From Candidatus Solincola tengchongensis (lineage in GTDB: Bacteria; Actinomycetota; Geothermincolia; Geothermincolales; RBG-13-55-18): a DNA stretch of 41,371 nt. Shown here one piece after another: positions 1 to 8,817 of this stretch. The notes beneath the pieces are model-generated. The model ran no database searches. It saw only the letters and a program-made list of their open reading frames with translations, and had not been told where the DNA came from. The stretch covers positions 1 through 41,371 of the forward strand of contig JACVJH010000024.1 of NCBI GenBank assembly GCA_015711895.1, read 5' to 3'. The first letter of the stretch is position 1. Each line of letters opens with the position of its first letter. Position numbers and translations under genes: made by a program.

Positions 1-127
1 TGCAGCGCATGAGGTACCTGCCCGTAACGTCGTGAGTCCAGACCCCAAGAGAGCCACCCCGTTTCCACGAGGTCACCAAGGCATGGAAAGGGCTGGGCCA
101 CTCGGTATGTCTGGAGAGGTGAGAGGA

Positions 128-613
128 ATGTTCAAGGTAGGAGACGTGGTCGTTTATCCCCAGCACGGAGCGGGCGTCATCGAAGAGGTTACCGAGACCC
201 TGGTGGAGGGGGAGAAAAGGACCTATTTTGTACTCCGCATGTGCCAGGGCAACCTCAAGGTTATGGTGCCTGCGGACAACACCGAGGAAGTGGGCCTCCG
301 GAAGGTCATAAGCAGGGATGAAGTGAACAAGGTGTTCGAGGTCCTGAGTGCGGAATGCACTCCCATGCCCAGCAACTGGAATCACCGCTACAAGAAGAAC
401 CGGGACAAGCTGCGCAGCGGCGATATCTTCCAGGTGGCCGAAGTGGTCCGCAACCTCACGGTCAGGGATATGGAAAAGGGGCTTTCCTCCGGTGAGAAGC
501 GAATGCTCAATCAGGCCCGCGAGATACTGGCCAGCGAGCTCATGTACGCGGTGGAGGTCGAGGTCGACGAAGCCCTGCGCATGATAGAGGAGGTCTTCAC
601 CTCGCCTTCCTGA
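128..613 (+). CDS. carD: CarD-family RNA polymerase-binding transcription regulator
   Basis: Lies in ORF 32..613. The product MFKVGDVVVYPQHGAGVIEEV...NWNHRYKKNRDKLRSGDIFQVAEVVRNL...SSGEKRML is colinear with mycobacterial CarD (MIFKVGDTVVYPHHGAA..., about 162 aa). I moved the start to ATG 128, which is preceded by GGAGAGGTGAGAGGA. The 32 upstream codons are not CarD-like. Confidence 0.85.
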   Translation: MFKVGDVVVYPQHGAGVIEEVTETLVEGEKRTYFVLRMCQGNLKVMVPADNTEEVGLRKVISRDEVNKVFEVLSAECTPMPSNWNHRYKKNRDKLRSGDIFQVAEVVRNLTVRDMEKGLSSGEKRMLNQAREILASELMYAVEVEVDEALRMIEEVFTSPS

Positions 614-755
614 GGGAGCGGCGGGGTGTTATCATTTAATACGCCCTCATCCGGTTTTTCATCATCGATCTTCTTACCCGGTGAGGGAGGGGGAGGCGTC
701 GACTTAAAGACGAGGAAAGGAGGGTTGCCTCACCCCGGAGGGGAGAACTGGGTTC

Positions 756-1823
756 ATGGTAGTCCTGATCGTCCGATTGATATTCATGGTCATCGGAGGA
801 ATCGGGGGCTACGAGCTCGGGGAGCTGATGGAGCGGTCCTACCTGCAGAACCTGGACCCCACTTATTCTATCATCGGCTTTATCGTATCCATAATCGTCT
901 GCGTGGGGCTTGGCTTCGTGTTGGGAGGGGCCGCCGGAAGGTACACCGCCAAACTGCTCAACCGCTTCGAGGTGGCCATACAGGACATTCCGGGCACCGA
1001 CCTTCTTATGGGCGCGGTGGGCATCATTGCCGGCTTCCTGATCGCCTTTCTGCCCTCGATGATCCTCTTTCGTTCCTACCCCGGATGGCTTTTCGCGGTC
1101 GTCCTCTATGCGGTCTGCGGGGTCATAGGCTATATAGTGGCCGTCCAGAAGAAGGACGACCTGATCGCGCTGTTCCGCCCCACCCGCCATGCCCTAGCCG
1201 CGGAGGAGGAGAGGAAGCCGGTGGCCGCCCGCATCCTGGACACCAGCGCCATCGTCGACGGCCGTATCGCGGACATCTGCCAGACGGGCTTTCTGGAAGG
1301 GCAGCTGGTGGTCCCCCGCTTCGTGCTCAACGAGCTGCAGGCGGTGGCCGACTCCGAGGATCCCTTGAAGAGGAACAGGGGGCGAAGGGGCCTGGAGGTG
1401 CTGAACGCCCTGCAGAGGCAGGAACGCGTGGAGGTGCGTATCGAGGAAGCGGATTTCCCCGAGCTCTCCGGCGTGGACGCCAAGCTGGTTGCCCTGGCCA
1501 AGGCGTTGAACCTCCCCATCATGACCACCGATTTCAATCTCAACAAGATCGCGGAACTCCAGGGTGTGCGGGTACTCAACGTCAACGAGCTGGCCAATTC
1601 CCTGAAGCCCGTTGTCCTTCCCGGGGAGACCCTCACCCTGACCCTCATAAGGGAGGGAAAGGAACCCGGACAGGGGGTGGGCTACCTGGACGACGGGACC
1701 ATGGTGGTCGTGGAGGGCGGAAAGAGGCATATCGGCAAGGAGGTCCGGACCGTGGTCACCAGCACCTTGCAGACCGCGGCGGGGAGGATGATCTTCGCCT
1801 CCCTCAGCGACCGCGAGGGTTGA
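756..1823 (+). CDS. yacL: Membrane-anchored PIN and TRAM domain protein (YacL-like)
   Basis: 355 aa. The N-terminus has about 4 hydrophobic segments (MVVLIVRLIFMVIGGIGGY..., IIGFIVSIIVCVGLGFVLGG...). A PIN-like core follows (ILDTSAIVDGRI...VVPRFVLNELQ...TTDFNLNK), then a TRAM-like C-terminus (GETLTLTLIREGKEPGQGVGYLDDGTMVVVEGG). Its position directly upstream of ispD matches Bacillus yacL. Confidence 0.75.
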   Translation: MVVLIVRLIFMVIGGIGGYELGELMERSYLQNLDPTYSIIGFIVSIIVCVGLGFVLGGAAGRYTAKLLNRFEVAIQDIPGTDLLMGAVGIIAGFLIAFLPSMILFRSYPGWLFAVVLYAVCGVIGYIVAVQKKDDLIALFRPTRHALAAEEERKPVAARILDTSAIVDGRIADICQTGFLEGQLVVPRFVLNELQAVADSEDPLKRNRGRRGLEVLNALQRQERVEVRIEEADFPELSGVDAKLVALAKALNLPIMTTDFNLNKIAELQGVRVLNVNELANSLKPVVLPGETLTLTLIREGKEPGQGVGYLDDGTMVVVEGGKRHIGKEVRTVVTSTLQTAAGRMIFASLSDREG

Positions 1824-2075
1824 CGGCCGGAGGTTCCGGAGGCGCACGGGATGAGGCTGGGCGGCCGAGGACTTGAAAAGCGGATGCCCTCCCTGGGATA
1901 TGGGCCGATGCCGGCGAAAAGCAAGGGCCGGGCCGGCCCTCGGGAAGCGGACGAGACAAGGGTCGGCCGGAAAGACTCTGGGGATGCGGAGGGACACGGC
2001 GGGAGCTCCACGCCGCCCAGCGGGGGCGAGAAAGGGGAAGCGGGCGGGATGGCGCGGAAGGAGGCTTGACCGGAA

Positions 2076-2801
2076 GTGAAGGCCGGTGCTGTGGTGGCCG
2101 GAGCGGGAAGGGGAGAGAGGGTGGGACTGCCGGAGGGTAAGCAGTTCCACAAGCTGGCCGGCATTCCCGTTCTGGCGCGCTCCCTGCTCAACCTGGAGGC
2201 GGTGGACGAGATAGAGGAGATCGTCCTCGTGGTCAACGCCGATGAGATACGGCGCGCGGAGGAGGAGATCGTCTCCGCTTACGGGTTGCGCAAGGTGAGC
2301 ATGGTGGTGGCGGGCGGGGAATACCGCCAGGAGTCGGTCTTCAATGCCCTGCGCTCCATGTCCGGTTCCGTGGACTACATCGTGATTCACGACGGCGCCC
2401 GGCCCCTGGCCACCCCGGAACTCTTCCGCAGGACCCTGAAGGCGCTGCGCGACGCGGAGTGCGAGGGGGTCATTACCGCCGTTCCTGTGGTGGACACGGT
2501 CAAGGAGGTGGAAGGGGGGTGGGTGTTGAGGACACCCGAGCGGAGGCGCCTCTGGGCGGTGCAGACCCCGCAGTGCTTCAGGGCCCAGGCCCTGCTTGAC
2601 GCCCACGAGCGGGCCTTCCGCGAGGGGGTATGGGCCACCGACGACGCCGCCCTCCTGGAGAGATACCGCTACCGGGTCCGCGTGGTGGAGGGGGAGATAA
2701 CCAACATAAAGATCACCTATCCCACGGACATGCTCATCGCCGAGGCGTTGCTGGAGAAGGGAGGCCTGCAAGTTGTCGTGCCGGGTGGGTCTGGGGTTTG
2801 A
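2076..2801 (+). CDS. ispD: 2-C-methyl-D-erythritol 4-phosphate cytidylyltransferase
   Basis: Has the IspD signatures VVAGAGRGERVG (AAGxGxRxG loop), IVIHDGARP and VQTPQCF. The start is GTG 2076. The 3' end overlaps ispF. Confidence 0.85.
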   Translation: MKAGAVVAGAGRGERVGLPEGKQFHKLAGIPVLARSLLNLEAVDEIEEIVLVVNADEIRRAEEEIVSAYGLRKVSMVVAGGEYRQESVFNALRSMSGSVDYIVIHDGARPLATPELFRRTLKALRDAECEGVITAVPVVDTVKEVEGGWVLRTPERRRLWAVQTPQCFRAQALLDAHERAFREGVWATDDAALLERYRYRVRVVEGEITNIKITYPTDMLIAEALLEKGGLQVVVPGGSGV

Positions 2802-3261
2802 CGCCCATCCCTTCGTGGAGGGAAGGAGGCTGGTCCTCGGAGGGGTGGAGATCCCCCATGAACGGGGACTGGCCGGACATTCCGACGCCGACGTGCTAGT
2901 GCACGCCCTCATGGACGCCTTGCTGGGAGCCTGCGGAGAGAGGGACATAGGGGTGAGGTTCCCGGACACCGACCCTACCTTTCGAGGCATCTCCAGCATG
3001 GTGCTCCTGGAGGAGGTCATGGGCGTGGTCCTGGAACGCGGGTTCCGGGTGTTGAACGTGGATTGCGTGGTAGCGGCCCAGGAGCCCCGCATCTCTCCCT
3101 ACGTGGAGGAGATGAGAAAACGCCTGGCCTTCATCCTCCGTGTTCCGGAGAGCAGGGTGGGAATCAAGGCCACCACCACGGAAGGCATGGGTTTCACCGG
3201 CCGTGGGGAGGGGATCGCCGCCATGGCCGTGGCCCTGGTGGAGGAGAGAACCGAGCCCTGA
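2773..3261 (+). CDS. ispF: 2-C-methyl-D-erythritol 2,4-cyclodiphosphate synthase
   Basis: VGLGFDAHPF...GHSDADVLVHALMDALLGA...ATTTEGMGFTGRGEGIAA is the classic IspF pattern. The start is uncertain: TTG 2773 or GTG 2785. Either one overlaps the end of ispD. Confidence 0.9.
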   Translation: MSCRVGLGFDAHPFVEGRRLVLGGVEIPHERGLAGHSDADVLVHALMDALLGACGERDIGVRFPDTDPTFRGISSMVLLEEVMGVVLERGFRVLNVDCVVAAQEPRISPYVEEMRKRLAFILRVPESRVGIKATTTEGMGFTGRGEGIAAMAVALVEERTEP

Positions 3262-3379
3262 GGCGCGGTCGAAGGGCTTGGAGCCCATGCGGGCAAGCCG
3301 TCTGTGGCGTAGGGGTTCCACTGGGTCTACCCATGGACGTTTGGCCTTTCCGGTAGGGGGGCGCGGCGCAGAGGGCCGA

Positions 3380-3422
3380 GCGGGCCGGTGAAGGGGCACG
3401 GTGTCCGCGGCCCGCAGTTTTT
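3380..3422 (+). terminator. Candidate intrinsic terminator downstream of ispF
   Basis: GCGGGCCG (3380-3387) pairs with CGGCCCGC (3408-3415) and is followed by AG TTTTT (3418-3422). The 20-nt loop is large, so confidence is moderate. Confidence 0.4.
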
Positions 3423-3486
3423 AGGGGATGGAAACGCAGTGCATGCGTCGGCGCGAGAGCGCTTCCCTTGGGCGTGAGCCGTGAGC

Positions 3487-4044
3487 TCAGAGGCCCAGCC
3501 GGTCGGATATATCCTGCATGGCCTCCAGGGCCAGGGCCAGGAACCTGTCCAGATCGAATCCCGCCCTTTCGCACTCCATGATCACCTCACGGCGGGCCCC
3601 CCGGGCGAAGGCCTTCTCTTTCATCCGCTTGCGCAGGGAACCGACCTTCACCCCGGCCAGCTTCTTCTCCGGGAGGACCAGGGCGGCGGCGACGATGAGG
3701 CCGGTGACCGTCTCCGCCGCGGCCAGGGCGTGCTGGAGGACGGTCTCGCGCTCTCCGAGCCCCAACCCCTCGGCGTTATGCATGCGCACCGCCTGCACCA
3801 TTTCCGGGGGAGCGCCCCTCCCGGCCAGCAACCTCGCCGCCTCCTCGCCGTGCGTGCTCATATCATTGCCACATATTTCCAGGTCTATGTCGTGCAAGAG
3901 GCCCGCCAGCCCCCAGAGTTCCTCGTCCTCCCCCAGTTCGCGCGCCAGCCGGCGCATGACCGCTTCCGTGGCGTAGCAGTGCTTGCGCAGGTTCTCCGAA
4001 CTCAGGTTGGCGTGAAGCAGGTCGAGCGCCTCTTCCCTCTGCAT
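3487..4044 (-). CDS. HD-domain metal-dependent phosphohydrolase (function unknown)
   Basis: 185 aa with ...LRKHCYATEAVMRRLA...WGLAGLLHDIDLE...HGEEAARLL, that is, a His...HD...H arrangement typical of HD/HDIG hydrolases. Confidence 0.7.
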   Translation of the reverse strand: MQREEALDLLHANLSSENLRKHCYATEAVMRRLARELGEDEELWGLAGLLHDIDLEICGNDMSTHGEEAARLLAGRGAPPEMVQAVRMHNAEGLGLGERETVLQHALAAAETVTGLIVAAALVLPEKKLAGVKVGSLRKRMKEKAFARGARREVIMECERAGFDLDRFLALALEAMQDISDRLGL

Positions 4045-4146
4045 CGTCCCTCCTCTCCCTTCAAGGGGCCCGTTTCCGCCCCTCCTCCCGCCTCCACGGC
4101 TGCTTGTGGAGCGGCGGTCTCAACCGGCCGGTCCGGGGCCGCGACC

Positions 4147-4175
4147 TATATAAAAGGCATGCTGGTAGTCTATAA
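4147..4175 (-). promoter_or_regulatory. Weak candidate promoter for the HD-domain gene
   Basis: On the minus strand: TTATAG (4175-4170), a 17-nt spacer, then TATATA (4152-4147). It sits in the only AT-rich patch upstream of the ATG at 4044. Confidence 0.25.
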
Positions 4176-4672
4176 AAAGATACCGCAAGTCCAAGGATTT
4201 TCCAGCACCTACTGCCTTCTCCGCTCCGGTAGGAGGGCGGAGCACGATTTGGTGCGGCAAGAACGATCCCCTGCTGCGGGTGAACATGCTTGTTTTGACG
4301 GGATGAGGGGGAATAGTCTTTCGGTCTTTGATCAGGTCCCGAAGGGGCTGCCGGGGCGAAGCGCTTCTTTGAATCCTTAAGGCCGCTCCCGTGCGGGCGG
4401 CGGGCAAGTGGACCACCCCGGATCGGGCTTCCGGCGAGGGGTGGATGCGGCCGCGGTGCTTTTTGGCCCGCCCTCCCGCCGGACATTCCTGTGGATCACG
4501 CCCGCGGGGAGACGAGGGCGAGAGGACCCGCTCGATATCCCGATCTGTCGTGCTCGGAACTTCCGCTGGCCTCCGAGCCATGGGTGCGGTACCGTCTCGG
4601 CAGGCGCTTTTGGGGTTGAAAGACGAGAACAACCCTTTGGTCCTGGCAGAACAAGCAAAAGCGGTGGGACGG

Positions 4673-4701
4673 TTGACAACGGAAAAACATCGGGCTATAA
4701 A
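4673..4701 (+). promoter_or_regulatory. Near-consensus sigma-70-type promoter upstream of the TetR gene
   Basis: TTGACA (4673-4678), an exact 17-nt spacer, then TATAAA (4696-4701). Confidence 0.55.
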
Positions 4702-4710
4702 GATTACGAT

Positions 4711-4728
4711 TGAGTGAGCACTCACTCA
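4711..4728 (+). promoter_or_regulatory. Perfect 8-2-8 inverted repeat, candidate TetR operator
   Basis: TGAGTGAG-CA-CTCACTCA begins 10 nt after the -10 hexamer, so it overlaps the predicted transcription start. It lies 91 nt upstream of the TetR ORF. I saw this palindrome nowhere else in the window. Confidence 0.5.
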
Positions 4729-4818
4729 CTAAATTGTCTTCGGAGGCTGGTCGGCGGGTGCGGGTCATAAGGAACTAGACGGGCTTTTCCGTCAACGTAA
4801 AGAGAAGGCCGGCGGGCG

Positions 4819-5496
4819 ATGGGAAGCGATGGCACGAAACGGCGCGTGAAGGGCGGGGAACGGCCGAAGGCCGGAAAGGGCCGGGTCGAAGGTGCCGGAG
4901 GTCGGGAAGGCCTGCAGGGGGCGCGGGGCAAGGACGACCGCCGCACCCGCATTATCCTCTCCTGCATAGACGTCTTCTCGCGCACCAATTACGAGAGGGC
5001 GACGACGGCGGTGCTGGCCCGGGAGGCGGGGGTGGCGGAGGGCACCATCTACAAGTATTTTTCCAGCAAGAAGGAGCTCTTTCTGGCCTGCTGCCGTTAC
5101 ATCGAAGAGCAGCTCCTGCAGCGTTACCGGGCCATTTACCGGGACTACCGCGAGCAGCCGCTGGAGTCGCTGAAGCGCGTGGGGCAGAGCTATCTTGACT
5201 TCATCCGTGAAAACCCCACCATGCGCAAGTTCCTGGCCTTCGTCCTCAACAACAGCTACGACGAGGATTTCATGAGGGAGCTTGAGGAGTTCTTCACCAT
5301 CAACCGCCTGGCTGTGGAGGAGGTCATCCGGGAGGCGCAGAGGAAGGGGGAGCTCAAGCCCAGCATCGATCCCAAGATCGCGGCCTGGTTTTTCGTAGGA
5401 GGATATTTCACCCTCATCCTCATGGCCGAGATGGACGAGGAGGCGGTGAACGACCCCCATTTCATGGACAAGTACATGGCCCCCCTGTTCTCCTGA
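4819..5496 (+). CDS. TetR/AcrR-family transcriptional regulator
   Basis: The TetR_N helix-turn-helix is present (RIILSCIDVFSRTNYERATTAVLAREAGVAEGTIYKYFSSKKELF). It is preceded by a Gly/Lys/Arg-rich N-terminal extension of about 40 aa, so the exact start is uncertain. Confidence 0.85.
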   Translation: MGSDGTKRRVKGGERPKAGKGRVEGAGGREGLQGARGKDDRRTRIILSCIDVFSRTNYERATTAVLAREAGVAEGTIYKYFSSKKELFLACCRYIEEQLLQRYRAIYRDYREQPLESLKRVGQSYLDFIRENPTMRKFLAFVLNNSYDEDFMRELEEFFTINRLAVEEVIREAQRKGELKPSIDPKIAAWFFVGGYFTLILMAEMDEEAVNDPHFMDKYMAPLFS

Positions 5497-5652
5497 CGCT
5501 TACCTCGGGCGGCAGGTGGCGCGGGAGGACTGGAGCGGGGAATCGGAACGGTCGGGGAAAGAGACGGCGAACGGCTTCCGGGCAGCGGAAGAGTTCACGG
5601 GACGTGTGAGCAGATATGAGTCGTCTTCGGGGCAGCAGAAAGGGGTGATGGC

Positions 5653-7374
5653 ATGACTCCCGAGGAGAGGCGGATGTACCTGCGCCGGGTTTGGCTGCTT
5701 TGGCGCCTGGCCCGCTCCCTGGCGCTGTTCCTGGCCGACGAATACCGGCGCGGAACGCTCAAGGAGAACCTGCGCAGCATGCGGGAGGCGAAGGGGCTGA
5801 CCCTGGCCCGGGACATGTCCCACGCCGAGCTCCTGGAGGAGAAGGCGGAGAGGTACGGAGACCGTCCCTTTCTCCGTTTCCAGGACCGCGTGTTCACTTA
5901 CCGGGAGATGAACCTCAACGCCAACCGGGTTGCCAATTTCCTCCATAGTTTGGGTGGCGGTCCCGGCATGGGTTTGGCCATCGTCATGAAGAACTCGCCC
6001 CGCTGGCTGGACGTTTTCTTTGGGCTGGAGAAGCTGGGCATGTACGCCGTCCCGGTGAACGTGGCCCTGCGCGGCGACCAGCTGGCCTACGTGCTGGACA
6101 ACTCCGACGCCTCCATGGTGGTCGTCGACCACGACCTGCTCCCCTATTTCCAGGCCGTGGCGGACCGCGTGGAGAAGGTGAGGAAGGTGGTCGTCAACCT
6201 TGAGGGAGCCCCGGAAGATTTCCGGTTGCCCGAGGGGATGGAGGACCTAGATGCCGCCTACGGGCCGGGCTCCGACCCCTCGCAGCCCGCGGTGTCCTAT
6301 AACCCCGAGGACCTCTGCGTGATCATGTACACCTCGGGGACCACGGGGCTCCCCAAGGGAGTGGTCTACCGCTACAACAACAGCAACGTCAAGGCCATAT
6401 CCGTGATCGGGCGCCTGCTGACCGGAAGAAAGGACGTGGCCTATACCTGCTACCCCCTCTTCCACGCCAACGCCCTCTTCCTCACCGTGATCCCCTCCAT
6501 GCACTGCGGGGCCCAGGTGGCCCTGGGGGTGATGGTCGGAGCCAGCCGGTTCTGGGACGAGATCCGCCGCCACGGGGCCACCACCTTCAACGGCCTGGGG
6601 GCGGTGATGCCCATCCTCATGAAGCAACCCCCCAAACCGTCGGATCGGGACCATCGGGTGCGCTTCATACTCTCCGCGGGTTGTCCGGCGGATATGTGGG
6701 AGGACTTCGAGAGGCGCTTCGGGGTGAGGATCTTCGAGGGCTACGGGGCGGTGGACGGGGGCGGCGTCCTGATCACCAACTTCGGGACCGCACCCGTGGG
6801 GTCCATGGGAAAACCGCTCAACGCCAGGTGCCGCATCATCGACGACCGGGGGAATGATGTCCCTCCCGGTACCCCCGGTGAGCTCATCTGCTGGGTGGGA
6901 GAGCGGAAGGGCTCCGTCGAGTACTACAAGAACCCGGAAGCCACCAGCGACAAGGTGAGAGACGGGTGGCTGTACACCGGAGACCTGGTTTACGCGGACG
7001 AAAAGGGTTACATCTACTTCCTGGGGCGCAACACGGAATCCATGCGCGTCAAGGGGGAGAACGTCTCCGCCTACGAGGTGGAGCAGGCTATCCTCAAGCA
7101 TCCTGACGTCCTGGAATGCGCCGTCTACGCCGTGCCCTCCGAGCTTGCCGAGGACGAGATCATGGCCACCGTGGTGCCCGTGGAGGGGAAGGCCCTGGAC
7201 CCCTCCTCCATGCCCGCCTTCCTCTCCGACAAGTTGGCTAAATTTGCCATCCCACGCTACTGGCGGGTGGTAGAAGAACTGCCCAAGACGGAGACCCACA
7301 GGGTCATCAAGAAGGAGCTGGAGAGGATGGGCGTGACCCCGGACACCTACGACGCCAGGGCGGGCGAGAGGTGA
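5653..7374 (+). CDS. AMP-dependent acyl-CoA synthetase, FATP / very-long-chain (FadD6-like) type
   Basis: Has the AMP-binding motif MYTSGTTGLPKGV, then GYGAVDGG, and the FATP-like block TGDLVYADEKGYIYFLGRNTESMRVKGENVSAYEVEQ (compare the FATP motif RWKGENVSTTEVE). Confidence 0.8.
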   Translation: MTPEERRMYLRRVWLLWRLARSLALFLADEYRRGTLKENLRSMREAKGLTLARDMSHAELLEEKAERYGDRPFLRFQDRVFTYREMNLNANRVANFLHSLGGGPGMGLAIVMKNSPRWLDVFFGLEKLGMYAVPVNVALRGDQLAYVLDNSDASMVVVDHDLLPYFQAVADRVEKVRKVVVNLEGAPEDFRLPEGMEDLDAAYGPGSDPSQPAVSYNPEDLCVIMYTSGTTGLPKGVVYRYNNSNVKAISVIGRLLTGRKDVAYTCYPLFHANALFLTVIPSMHCGAQVALGVMVGASRFWDEIRRHGATTFNGLGAVMPILMKQPPKPSDRDHRVRFILSAGCPADMWEDFERRFGVRIFEGYGAVDGGGVLITNFGTAPVGSMGKPLNARCRIIDDRGNDVPPGTPGELICWVGERKGSVEYYKNPEATSDKVRDGWLYTGDLVYADEKGYIYFLGRNTESMRVKGENVSAYEVEQAILKHPDVLECAVYAVPSELAEDEIMATVVPVEGKALDPSSMPAFLSDKLAKFAIPRYWRVVEELPKTETHRVIKKELERMGVTPDTYDARAGER

Positions 7375-7423
7375 CAGGGATGGCGGCAATCGCCCGCCGC
7401 TCCGCGATGAGGAACGAGGAGGC

Positions 7424-8671
7424 ATGATGGGAAACGACGTCTACATCCTGGGCGTGGGCATGATCCGTTTCGGCAAGTACGCCGAGAAGAGCGTGAAACA
7501 GCTCACCGCCGAGGCCCTGCAGGCCCTCTTCGAGGACTTCCCTGTAGAAAAGAGGGACATCCAGGCGGCCTGGTTCTCCAACTCCGGTTGGGGCATGAAC
7601 ACGGGGCAGCACTGCATCCGGGGCCAGGTGGCCCTGGCCCCTCTGGGCATCCAGGGTATCCCTATCGTCAACGTGGAGAACGCCTGCGCCGGAGGTTCCA
7701 CCGCCTTGCGCGAGGCCTGGCTGAGCGTGAAGGCGGAGCAGTTCGACCTGGTGCTGGCGATAGGGGTGGAGAAGACGTGGTTCCCGGAGGACAAGGCCAA
7801 GATGTTCGAGGGGTTCCTCTCGGGCATGGACGTGGAGTTCGCCCGCAAGGTCATCGAGGCCTTCCAGGCCGACGCCGCGCGCAGGGCCAGGGAAGCCGGT
7901 GCGGAGGGCAAGGAGAAGAAGGGCGGCCATTCCGGCTTCATGGACGTCTATGCCATGGGGGCACGCGCCCACATGCAGAGGTACGGGACCACCCAGAGGC
8001 AGCTGGCGACAATCGCCGCCAAGAACCACCACCACGGCTCCCTCAATCCCCTGGCCCAGTATCAGAGGGACATGAGCGTGGAGGAGGTCCTGGAGGACGC
8101 GCTGGTGGCCTATCCCCTCACCCGCTCCATGTGCGCTCCCATAGGTGACGGGGCGGCGGCGGCCCTCCTCGGGTCCGAGAGGGCCCTGAGGAAATACCCG
8201 CATGCGCGGCCGGTGCGTGTCCTGGCCTCCGTCCTGGCCTCGGGCTCCCTTCCCGGCTCGGGCTTGGAATCCATAGGCCGCCGGCTGAGCAGGGAGGCCT
8301 ACGAGAAGGCCGGGTTGGGCCCGGAGGACATCGACGTCGCCGAGGTACACGACGCCACCGCCTTCGGAGAGCTCATGCAGTACGAGGAACTGGGCTTCTG
8401 TCCCGAGGGGGAGGGCGGGCCCTTCGCCGAGAGCGGCGCCACCAGGGTCGGCGGGAGACTCCCGGTGAACACCAGCGGGGGGCTGGAGTGCCGGGGCCAC
8501 CCCATCGGGGCGTCGGGGATAGCCCAGGTGCACGAGCTGGTGACCCAGCTTCGCGGGGAGGCGGGTCCCCGCCAGGTGGAGGGGGCGCGCATCGCCCTGG
8601 CGGAGAACGGCGGCGGCTTCATCGGGATGGGTGAGGCAGCCATGTGCATCCATATTCTGGAAAGGGTTTGA
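7424..8671 (+). CDS. Thiolase-fold protein, SCP2/SCP-x (lipid-transfer, Ltp-like) type
   Basis: MMGNDVYILGVGMIRFGK..., a nucleophile region VENACAGGSTAL, and a C-terminal NTSGGLECRGHPIGASGIAQVHELVTQLRGEAG. This pattern fits SCP2-type thiolases rather than the AtoB/FadA type. A GAGGAGG ribosome-binding site precedes the ATG. Confidence 0.75.
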   Translation: MMGNDVYILGVGMIRFGKYAEKSVKQLTAEALQALFEDFPVEKRDIQAAWFSNSGWGMNTGQHCIRGQVALAPLGIQGIPIVNVENACAGGSTALREAWLSVKAEQFDLVLAIGVEKTWFPEDKAKMFEGFLSGMDVEFARKVIEAFQADAARRAREAGAEGKEKKGGHSGFMDVYAMGARAHMQRYGTTQRQLATIAAKNHHHGSLNPLAQYQRDMSVEEVLEDALVAYPLTRSMCAPIGDGAAAALLGSERALRKYPHARPVRVLASVLASGSLPGSGLESIGRRLSREAYEKAGLGPEDIDVAEVHDATAFGELMQYEELGFCPEGEGGPFAESGATRVGGRLPVNTSGGLECRGHPIGASGIAQVHELVTQLRGEAGPRQVEGARIALAENGGGFIGMGEAAMCIHILERV

Positions 8672-8817
8672 CGGAGGATCTCCCCGGTTCGTTTGGAAGT
8701 CGGGGACAGGGAGCGAGGCTCCTTTCCCCGGTGGGAATACGGTAATAACCGGCAAGATACGGCGAAAGCACGGTCGGTTTGGGGATGTGGCCGTCGTTTC
8801 CGACGACGAAAGGGGTG

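Noticed and set aside
1194-3092. Very long ORFs antisense to annotated genes. Examples are 1194..3092, 6247..7425, 7307..8755, 9915..11336, 11635..12918, 13835..15172, 17939..19255, 23623..25158, 27113..28426, 35546..36991 and 39483..40754.
   Set aside because: Their translations are Arg/Gly/Pro/His/Leu-rich strings without motifs, while the opposite strand encodes proteins with clear family signatures. Long stop-free antisense frames are expected in GC-rich coding DNA.
3343-3357. Similar strings near both edges of the 34-kb block, considered as att-like sites. They are GGCCTTTCCGGTAGG at 3343-3357 and GGCTTTTCCGGTTAGG at 37041-37056.
   Set aside because: The match is short and imperfect in a GC-rich background. 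No integrase or tRNA is nearby, and the content of the block is largely housekeeping.
3553-3565. A tRNA T-loop-like GATCGAATCCCGC.
   Set aside because: It lies inside the HD-domain coding sequence (it encodes part of FDLDRF on the other strand). It has no acceptor or anticodon arms around it.
4332-4352. An SRP RNA-like string TCAGGTCCCGAAGGGGCTGCC (compare 4.5S GGUCAGGUCCGGAAGGAAGCAGCC). GGTCAGGTC also occurs inside the 37-nt repeat.
   Set aside because: Similarity is limited to about 10 nt. The conserved GGAAGCAGCC 3' side and a complementary closing helix are absent.
4061-4725. Four ORFs of 100-200 aa in the HD/TetR intergenic region as real genes.
   Set aside because: They have no ribosome-binding sites at the starts, mutually overlapping frames, and Arg/Pro/Ser-rich low-information translations. 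The region is treated as non-coding pending RNA evidence.
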